Translations under genes and position numbers: made by a program
Origin: Dehalococcoidia bacterium
GTDB lineage: Bacteria; Chloroflexota; Dehalococcoidia; UBA2979
Length of the DNA stretch: 37,938 bases
Reading direction: 5' to 3'
NCBI GenBank assembly: GCA_040880625.1
Contig: JBBDIC010000152.1
Coordinates: 9,239 to 47,176, forward strand
The notes under the pieces: model-generated
Told to the model about the DNA's origin: nothing
Database searches by the model: none
The model's input: only the letters and a program-made list of their open reading frames with translations
Shown: positions 1 through 6,428 of the stretch, piece by piece
How positions within the stretch are numbered: the first letter of the stretch is position 1
Layout of the letters: each line of letters opens with the position of its first letter

Positions 1-1772
1 CCGCTGGTGATCGCCCGCAGTTCGTGATCCTGTCACGCGAGCGCGCGAAGCTCTCCTACCGTTGGAAGCCCGCTGTGGTGTCACGGCTCGCGATCGGCGG
101 CGGGCGCGTCGCCCTCGACGACGATGGAGAACCGCTGCGGCGGCTCTGCTGTCCCGCGTGTTACGCGGCGCTCTTCGACGGTGAGGGACTGCCGCTCGAC
201 TTGCAGGCGCTCTCGCGGAAAAAGCACGCGTGCGACGCGTGCGGGTCGCCGCTCTGGCAGGCGGACCGCGCCGGGCCGCGGCGATTCCCGCTCGCCGACT
301 ACGTCGCTCGGCGCATGCCGGGCGCTTTCGATCTGCTGATCGTGGACGAGCAGCACGAGTACAAGGCGCGCGGCTCGGCGCAGGGGATCGCGGCGGGGGC
401 GCTCGCTGAGGCCTGCGGACGGACGCTAACGCTCACCGGCACGCTGATGGGCGGTTACGCCTCGACGCTCTTCTATCTGCTGTGGCGGTTCTCGCCCGAG
501 GTGCGGGAGGAGTTCGGCTACGGTGACGAAGGTCGCTGGATCTCGCGCTACGGGATCGTCGAGCGCATCACGCGTCGCGGAGACGACGAGGCCATTGAGG
601 ACGGGCGGTCCAGCCGCCGGCGTGGCTATCGCACGCGCACCGTTGAGAAGCCGGGCGTCTCCCCCGCGGTGCTGTTCCACCTCATCGGGAACACGGTGTT
701 CCTACGCCTGGCGGACGTCGCCTCCGATCTGCCGGAGTACCGCGAAGAAGTGCGGCTGATCGCGATGGACCGCGGCGACGGTCAGGGGCCGTCGCAGGCA
801 TCGTCCTACCGGCAACTGTCGGATGCGTTGCACGCGGCCGTCATGGCCGCATTGGCTGCGGGCACGCGGCGACTGCTAGCCGCATATCTGCAGACGCTGC
901 TGGCTTACCCGGACGCGTGCACCAACGGCGAGACGGTGATCGACCCGGGGAGCGGCGAGGTGATCGCCTCGGCGCCACCGCTGCCCAGCGACCGTCTCTA
1001 CCCGAAGGAACAAGCGCTGCTCGACCTCGTGCAGGAGGAGCGCAGTCGCGGGCGACGTGTGCTCCTCTACATCACGCACACGCAGAGCCGCGACATTGCG
1101 CCGCGACTCGAACGCGTGCTCGGTGCGGTGGGGATCCGCGTCGCCACGCTCAAAGCGGACACGGTTGCCACCGACGCCCGCGAGGACTGGGTGAATCGGA
1201 AAGTGCGCGAGGGCATCGATGTGCTGCTTGTACATCCCCGGCTCGTCCAGACCGGGCTCGACCTGATCGACTTTCCGACGATCGTTTGGTACGAGGTCGA
1301 GTACTCCGTGTACACGATGCGGCAGGCGAGCCGTCGCTCGTGGCGCATCGGCCAACGACATCCGGTACGGGTGATCTACTTCGCATACCGCGCCACGCTT
1401 CAGGCGCAGGCTTTGCAACTGACCGCGAAGAAGCTGCAGGCGTCGCTCGCGGTGGAAGGCGACCTCGTCGAAGAGGGCCTCGCCGCCCATGGGACCGATG
1501 GCGATGACTTGTTGCTCACGCTCGCCCGCAGCCTCTCGGCTCAGGACGAAGTGAACGAGGAGTCGCTCGAAGGGCTGTTCGCGGAGGTACGGGCGGTCGC
1601 CGATGCAGCGGAGGACGCGCTCGACCGCGAGGAGACCGAGGTGCCTGCGCCCATCGGGATGTCAGTGGACGCTGCCGTAATCGAGCTAGACCTCACACCC
1701 GTGGTCGATCCCGTCGGGGTGCTGATCCGGGCCGAGGAGGTCCGCGAGGGAGGGCAAATGCGACTGTTGTAG
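1..1772 (+). CDS. SNF2-family DExH helicase (5' end cut by window edge) with inserted Cys4 zinc ribbon
   Basis: The frame is open from nt 3 to the left edge, with no stop before the GTG at 24. Motifs read in the translation are: DExH box LLIVDEQHEYK, SNF2 motif III LTLTGTLMGG, helicase-C block RVLLYITHTQS...VATLKADT, and motif VI QASRRSWRIGQRHPVRVIYF. A CxxC...CxxC ribbon (CCPACYAALF...CDACGSPLW) lies upstream of the DExH box. The C-terminal tail is acidic. Confidence 0.75.
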   Translation, partial: AGDRPQFVILSRERAKLSYRWKPAVVSRLAIGGGRVALDDDGEPLRRLCCPACYAALFDGEGLPLDLQALSRKKHACDACGSPLWQADRAGPRRFPLADYVARRMPGAFDLLIVDEQHEYKARGSAQGIAAGALAEACGRTLTLTGTLMGGYASTLFYLLWRFSPEVREEFGYGDEGRWISRYGIVERITRRGDDEAIEDGRSSRRRGYRTRTVEKPGVSPAVLFHLIGNTVFLRLADVASDLPEYREEVRLIAMDRGDGQGPSQASSYRQLSDALHAAVMAALAAGTRRLLAAYLQTLLAYPDACTNGETVIDPGSGEVIASAPPLPSDRLYPKEQALLDLVQEERSRGRRVLLYITHTQSRDIAPRLERVLGAVGIRVATLKADTVATDAREDWVNRKVREGIDVLLVHPRLVQTGLDLIDFPTIVWYEVEYSVYTMRQASRRSWRIGQRHPVRVIYFAYRATLQAQALQLTAKKLQASLAVEGDLVEEGLAAHGTDGDDLLLTLARSLSAQDEVNEESLEGLFAEVRAVADAAEDALDREETEVPAPIGMSVDAAVIELDLTPVVDPVGVLIRAEEVREGGQMRLL

Positions 1773-1780
1773 AGGCAGTT

Positions 1781-1823
1781 CGGAGTCGGGTGCCTGGTCA
1801 AATGTCCGGGCCGCCCGACTCCG
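1781..1823. terminator. Hairpin between convergent genes (possible bidirectional terminator)
   Basis: cggagtcggg (1781-1790) is the perfect reverse complement of cccgactccg (1814-1823). The hairpin starts 8 nt after the helicase TAG and ends 5 nt from the TAA of the minus-strand 42-codon ORF. A T/C-rich run (ccctcttacttctt) follows on the + strand. The 23-nt loop weakens the call. Confidence 0.35.
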
Positions 1824-1828
1824 CCCTC

Positions 1829-1957
1829 TTACTTCTTGCCGCCGCGGCGTACCGTCTCGGTGACCGTTGTCGCCGGGCGGCGGCCAGCCTCGCGTGCTGG
1901 GACGAACTGCCCAGTGCGAGCATCGCGGACCACCTTGCCTGTTTCCTTTGATGCCAT
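1829..1957 (-). CDS. Small basic protein, 42 aa (MASKETGKVVRDARTGQFVPAREAGRRPATTVTETVRRGGKK)
   Basis: This ORF is below the 60-aa cut-off of the track and was translated by hand. It starts with ATG at 1957 preceded by AAAGGAATCGGACG (AAGGA Shine-Dalgarno) and ends with TAA at 1829-1831. The composition is protein-like, unlike the Arg-rich 72-aa track ORF in another frame. It is convergent with the helicase and divergent from the R-M promoter. Confidence 0.4.
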   Translation of the reverse strand: MASKETGKVVRDARTGQFVPAREAGRRPATTVTETVRRGGKK

Positions 1958-2025
1958 CGTCCGATTCCTTTCTGGAGGTCGAGTCCTCCGTTTCTTTGTG
2001 GCCCAGATAGTAGCACGGGTACGTG

Positions 2026-2054
2026 TTGACTTATTGCGTCAGCACGGTTAATAT
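2026..2054 (+). promoter_or_regulatory. Sigma-70/SigA-type promoter predicted to give a leaderless mRNA for the R-M operon
   Basis: TTGACT (2026-2031), an exact 17-nt spacer, then TAATAT (2049-2054). The A of the ATG at 2061 lies 7 nt after the -10 box, which is the expected transcription start. No Shine-Dalgarno is present. This is the most AT-rich spot of the local region. Confidence 0.55.
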
Positions 2055-2060
2055 CTGCGT

Positions 2061-2657
2061 ATGAATATTGCGGACGTCGCAGAGATTCGTCAAGGCATGG
2101 CCCTGGCTGGCCGCGCGGCCGGAGCCCGGCCCGGCGACTGGCCGCTCCGCGTCGTCGAGAGCTCGGACGTCGTCGACGATCGCGTCAGCCTCCAGGGGTT
2201 ACGGGAGATCGAAGTCCTACGGGACGGACGCAGCGAGGCGCACCTGCTGCGCCCGTTCGACATCCTGGTGACGGCGCGATCGCAGGCGATAAAGGTGGCA
2301 CTCGTGCCGCCCGAGGTCAGTCGCACCGTCGCGTCATCAACACTGCTCGTCGTCCGCACCCCGGATCCAGGCAGCGGCCTGTCGCACTACCTGTGGTACT
2401 ACCTCACTTCGACGCGCGGGCGTGCAGAGATGGCTTCGAGGCTGACCGCTACGGCACTGCCGACGCTCTCCGCGAAGGCGCTCGGCGACGTGCCGACCGC
2501 GATCCCCCCGCTTGCCGAGCTCCGGCGGCTCGTGGACGTAATAGAGACGTCCGAAGCGACCCACGCGGCGGCGTTTGAGGCCGCGCGCATTCGACACCAT
2601 GTCCTTCGGGACGCCATCATCGCCGCGGTCGCGGCACAGGCCGGCGAAAGGAACTAG
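2061..2657 (+). CDS. Half-size (single target-recognition-domain) type I specificity-subunit-like protein
   Basis: The protein is 198 aa. It has an HsdS TRD-like layout: an N-terminal 'IADVAEIRQGMA' box, 'LLRPFDILVTARSQ', 'SSTLLVVRT', 'YLWYYLTSTRG' and 'LPTLSAKALGDVPTAIPPLAE', followed by a C-terminal helical conserved region. Its stop lies 2 nt before the hsdM ATG. Confidence 0.7.
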   Translation: MNIADVAEIRQGMALAGRAAGARPGDWPLRVVESSDVVDDRVSLQGLREIEVLRDGRSEAHLLRPFDILVTARSQAIKVALVPPEVSRTVASSTLLVVRTPDPGSGLSHYLWYYLTSTRGRAEMASRLTATALPTLSAKALGDVPTAIPPLAELRRLVDVIETSEATHAAAFEAARIRHHVLRDAIIAAVAAQAGERN

Positions 2658-2659
2658 CG

Positions 2660-4192
2660 ATGCCGCTCACGACCGAGGAACTTGAGTCGAAGCTCTGGCG
2701 CGCGGCGGACATCCTGCGCGGGCAGATCGATTCGAGTGACTACAAGAACTACATCTTTTCGATGCTCTTCCTGAAGCGGCTCTCCGATCGCTTCGCTGAG
2801 GAGGTCGACCGCGCGGTGGCCGCCGGCGTGCCTCGTGAAGTCGCCGAGCGCGAGCCCGATGAGCATGAATTCTTCGTACCCCCTGACGCGCGTTGGAGTG
2901 CGATCGTCCGCGAGGCAATGAACCTTGGCGAGGTGCTGAATCGTGCGAGCGCCGAGATCGAGGAGGCGAATGCGCCTCGGCTCGACGGCGTGCTGCGGAA
3001 CACGAACTGGAACGACGAGTCGAAGCTCGGCAGCCCGGTCAGCCGCGACCGCATCATCGGCAGCCTGCTGCGGCACTTCGACGCAGTGGACCTGCGCGAC
3101 GAGAACCTGACGCGCGATGGCGAGCAGGGCGCGGTGAACGTCCTGGGCGACTCGTACGAGTACCTGATCCGTGAGTTCGCCGACGACGCCGGCAAGAAGG
3201 GCGGCGAGTTCTACACGCCGCGCTCCGTCGTCCGGCTGATCGTGGAGTTGCTCGAGCCGCGCGAGGGGATGCGCATCTGCGACCCGACCGCGGGGTCCGC
3301 GGGTATGCTGATCTACACGGCGCAGTACGTCGCGGAGCACGGCGGCAACCCGCGCAACCTCGTGCTGCACGGGCAGGAGCGGAACCTCGGCACGCTCGCC
3401 ATCGGCAAACTGAACCTGCTGCTGCACGGCCTGCGCGCCGCACGCTACGAGGGTGGCGACGTGATCGAGGAACCCCGTTTGATGGACGAGCGCGGGCGGC
3501 TGATGTCCTACGACCGTGTGGTCGCGAATCCGCCGTTCAGCCTGAAGGAATGGGGACACGACTTCGCGCCGAACGACCCGCACCACCGCTTTGACCGCTA
3601 CGGCGCGATCCCGCCGAAGACGAAGGGCGACCTGGCCTTCCTGCAGCACATGCTCGCCGTCACCAACCCGGACGGGATGGTGGGCGTAGTGATGCCGCAC
3701 GGGATTCTCTTCCGCGGAGGCGCAGAGGGGACGATCCGCAAGGGGATCGTGGAGGCCGACCTGTTCGAGGCGGTGATCGGCCTGACGCCCAACCTGTTCT
3801 ATGGGGCGAGCATTCCAGTGGCGATCTGCATCCTGAACAAGAAGAAGCGGCCGGAACGGCGTGGCAAGGTGTTGTTCATCGACGCGGCGCAGCCGGGCTA
3901 CTTCCGCGCCGGCAAGGCGCAGAACCACCTGGACCGCGAGCACGTGACGAAGATCGTGGAGGCGTTCCGCGCCTTCGAGGAGATCGAGCAGTTCGCCCAC
4001 GTCGCCGACATCGATGAGATCCGGGCCAATGACTTCAACTTGAACATCTCGCGCTACGTCGACACGACGCAGCACGAGGAGGTCCCGAGCGTCGAGGACG
4101 CCCTCGCCCGCCTGCGCGAGGCGGAGGCACGACGCGACGACGCAGCAGCGCGCATGGACGCGCTGCTCGTGGAGCTCGGTTATGCCCGCTAG
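2660..4192 (+). CDS. hsdM: Type I restriction-modification N6-adenine DNA methyltransferase subunit
   Basis: N-terminal HsdM domain (LWRAADILRGQIDSSDYKNYIFSMLFLKRLSD), AdoMet motif I ICDPTAGSAGML, and catalytic motif IV VVANPPFS. The C-terminal part reads ANDFNLNISRYVD. Confidence 0.95.
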   Translation: MPLTTEELESKLWRAADILRGQIDSSDYKNYIFSMLFLKRLSDRFAEEVDRAVAAGVPREVAEREPDEHEFFVPPDARWSAIVREAMNLGEVLNRASAEIEEANAPRLDGVLRNTNWNDESKLGSPVSRDRIIGSLLRHFDAVDLRDENLTRDGEQGAVNVLGDSYEYLIREFADDAGKKGGEFYTPRSVVRLIVELLEPREGMRICDPTAGSAGMLIYTAQYVAEHGGNPRNLVLHGQERNLGTLAIGKLNLLLHGLRAARYEGGDVIEEPRLMDERGRLMSYDRVVANPPFSLKEWGHDFAPNDPHHRFDRYGAIPPKTKGDLAFLQHMLAVTNPDGMVGVVMPHGILFRGGAEGTIRKGIVEADLFEAVIGLTPNLFYGASIPVAICILNKKKRPERRGKVLFIDAAQPGYFRAGKAQNHLDREHVTKIVEAFRAFEEIEQFAHVADIDEIRANDFNLNISRYVDTTQHEEVPSVEDALARLREAEARRDDAAARMDALLVELGYAR

Positions 4193-5423
4193 CGTGCCCG
4201 AGGGATGGCGGCGTCTAGCCATCGAAGAGATGGCGTGTCAGCGGACGGAGAAGGTTCGCCCGGCTCGCGATGATCAGACGCCATATGTAGCCCTTGAACA
4301 CATCCCGAACGGCGGAGGCCGGCTACTCGGCATGGACATTGCGGGCTCTGCGATGAGCCACAAGACGCGCTTCTCGGCAGGCGACACGCTATTCGGGAAG
4401 TTGCGACCGAACCTTCGGAAGGTCGTTCGAGCGCAGTTCGATGGCGTTTGTTCCACCGACATCCTTGCGGTCGCAGCCAAGAATGGCACGGACGCCGCGT
4501 TCCTCTACCAGCTCCTGGCCAGCGACGTTGCTCATCGGCATGTGATGGGAGACATCACCGGCACCAAGATGCCACGCACGTCATGGGAGCGGCTGGCCGA
4601 CCTTTCAGTGTCGTGTCCATCCCTCCCCGAACAGCGCGCCATCGCCGCCGTCCTCGACGCCGTCGACGACACCATCGAGCGCACCGAGGCGGTGATCGCG
4701 GCGACCGAGGATCTGCGTCGCTCCCTCCTCCACGAGCTGCTCACACGCGGCGTCCCCGGCATGCATTCGGAGTGGAAGCACGTCCCTGGCCTCGGCACCG
4801 TACCGGCGTGCTGGGAGGTGACGACTCTGGGGGAGTGCCTCGAAAGGATCGAGGCGGGCAGAAGCCCGCTGTGTGAGAGTCGTCCCGCACGCGGCGACGA
4901 ATGGGGAGTCCTCAAAGTCAGCAGTGTCAGCTGGGGTGAGTTCCGCCCGAACGAAAACAAGGCGCTTCTGCCCGAAGCCAAACCGGATTCTCGCTACGAG
5001 GTCAAGCCAGGCGACCTCCTGCTGAGCCGTGCGAACACCCCAGACTTGGTCGGGAGGGCTGTTCTGGTCCGGAACACGCCCTCCAGACTTCTGTTGAGCG
5101 ACAAGACCCTGCGGCTCCTCCCGAAGTCTGCCCGGACTAACACGGAGTTCCTCTTGCTGGCCCTCGGTACGCCGTCGGCCCGAACCCAGATTTCCGGCGC
5201 CGCATCCGGCAGCAGCCGGTCGATGTTCAACGTCTCGCAAGAGGCTCTGCGACTAGTGCGTTTCGCACTCCCATCTCTAGATGAACAGCGCTGTATCGCG
5301 GAAGCACTCCAAGCAGTCGCTGCGGCACAAGGCGCCAAAGAAGACGAGATCGCGGAGGCCAAGATGCTGAAGGCAACGCTGGCCGAGGGGTTGCTGAGCG
5401 GTCGCGTCCGCGTGGCCATCTAG
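4182..5423 (+). CDS. hsdS: Type I restriction-modification specificity subunit (two TRDs)
   Basis: The protein is 413 aa with two TRDs separated by the central conserved helix (LPEQRAIAAVLDAVDDTIERTEAVIAATEDLRRSLLHELLTRG). A second conserved region follows (LPSLDEQRCIAEAL...LKATLAEGLLSGRVRV). It overlaps the hsdM end by 11 nt. Confidence 0.9.
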   Translation: MPASVPEGWRRLAIEEMACQRTEKVRPARDDQTPYVALEHIPNGGGRLLGMDIAGSAMSHKTRFSAGDTLFGKLRPNLRKVVRAQFDGVCSTDILAVAAKNGTDAAFLYQLLASDVAHRHVMGDITGTKMPRTSWERLADLSVSCPSLPEQRAIAAVLDAVDDTIERTEAVIAATEDLRRSLLHELLTRGVPGMHSEWKHVPGLGTVPACWEVTTLGECLERIEAGRSPLCESRPARGDEWGVLKVSSVSWGEFRPNENKALLPEAKPDSRYEVKPGDLLLSRANTPDLVGRAVLVRNTPSRLLLSDKTLRLLPKSARTNTEFLLLALGTPSARTQISGAASGSSRSMFNVSQEALRLVRFALPSLDEQRCIAEALQAVAAAQGAKEDEIAEAKMLKATLAEGLLSGRVRVAI

Positions 5424-5432
5424 GAGACTCGA

Positions 5433-6428
5433 ATGGCAGGCCGACGGATCTACTCAGTTCAAGCCGAGCTGCTCCAAAAGTCGAAGGAGGCAGCCCTCAA
5501 TGCTGTTCAGACGTTCAACAATCCATTGACGACCTTCAAGACGGAGACCTTCATCGTGCTCATGGTGGTCGCATGGACGTATCTGCTCCACGCGCACTAT
5601 CGACGAAAAGGTATCGAGTATCGCTACTTCACGCAGGGGAAGAACCGACGCCGCTTCGATCGGACGAAGTCGGGTGCCTTCAAGCACTGGGAGTTGGAGC
5701 GATGCCTCAACGAGAAGAAATGCCCGCTGGACGCGGCTACCCAAGCGAATCTACGGTTCCTGATCGGCCTCAGGCACGAGGTCGAGCATCACATGTCGAC
5801 ACAGTTGGATGACCACCTAGGAGGGCGCTATCTCGCCTGCTGTTTGAACTACGAAACGTGGGTCACCCAGTTGTTCGGCATGGAGCATAGTTTGGGTGCC
5901 TCGCTTGCTCTGGCGCTGCAGTTCCGCGACTTAACTGCGAATCCTGAACCTACGGATGCCCTGAACCCACTCCCCGCCAACGTTTCGCGTTACATCGAGG
6001 AGTTCGATGCGGCGGTTGGTGACGAAGAGTTTGAATCCCCGCGCTTCTCGTACCGAATCCTCTTCACACCCAAACTCGCCAACCGACGTGGTCAGGCCGA
6101 TCGTGTTATCGAGTTCGTGCCTGCGGACTCCGAGTTAGCTCAAGTCATCAACGCGGAGTACGTGGTTCTCAAAGAGACCGAGCGCCCGAAATTCCGACCG
6201 AAGGACGTGGTCCAGGCGATGACCGAGGAAGGCTTCTCGCGCTTCCGCGTACATGAGCACACCGAGCTCTGGAAGCAGCTTGATGCCAAGAATCCTACCA
6301 ACGGTTATGGGGTGGACGTGTCAGGGCAGTGGTTCTGGTATGAGCGCTGGCTTGAGCGTGTCAGGCGCGAGTGCCGGGAGCACCCAGAACGGTTCGCCGC
6401 ACTTCCTGATTTGGGGCTTAGTGCATGA
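5433..6428 (+). CDS. R-M-embedded protein of unknown function, HEPN-like (Rx4H); resembles DUF3644-type proteins from memory
   Basis: The protein is 331 aa. An AGGAG overlaps the hsdS stop 9 nt upstream, and its TGA overlaps the hsdR ATG (ATGA at 6425-6428). The N-terminus reads SKEAALNAVQTFNNPLTTFKTETFIVLMVVAWTYLLHAHY, and LIGLRHEVEHH (R114-x4-H119) fits the HEPN Rx4-6H motif. My hand counts give lower G+C (about 57-62%) than the hsdM sample (about 75%). Confidence 0.55.
   Translation: MAGRRIYSVQAELLQKSKEAALNAVQTFNNPLTTFKTETFIVLMVVAWTYLLHAHYRRKGIEYRYFTQGKNRRRFDRTKSGAFKHWELERCLNEKKCPLDAATQANLRFLIGLRHEVEHHMSTQLDDHLGGRYLACCLNYETWVTQLFGMEHSLGASLALALQFRDLTANPEPTDALNPLPANVSRYIEEFDAAVGDEEFESPRFSYRILFTPKLANRRGQADRVIEFVPADSELAQVINAEYVVLKETERPKFRPKDVVQAMTEEGFSRFRVHEHTELWKQLDAKNPTNGYGVDVSGQWFWYERWLERVRRECREHPERFAALPDLGLSA

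Noticed and set aside
2654-4222. A 522-aa ORF antisense to hsdM.
   Set aside because: It exactly shadows hsdM, which has unambiguous methyltransferase motifs. Its translation is Arg/Ala/Val-rich with no motifs, which is typical of antisense open frames in DNA of about 70% G+C.
2061-5423. Possible phase-variable hsdS shufflon, given two S-type genes in one locus.
   Set aside because: There are no inverted or direct nucleotide repeats shared between the two S genes that I can see. No recombinase gene is present, and both genes are on the same strand within one operon.
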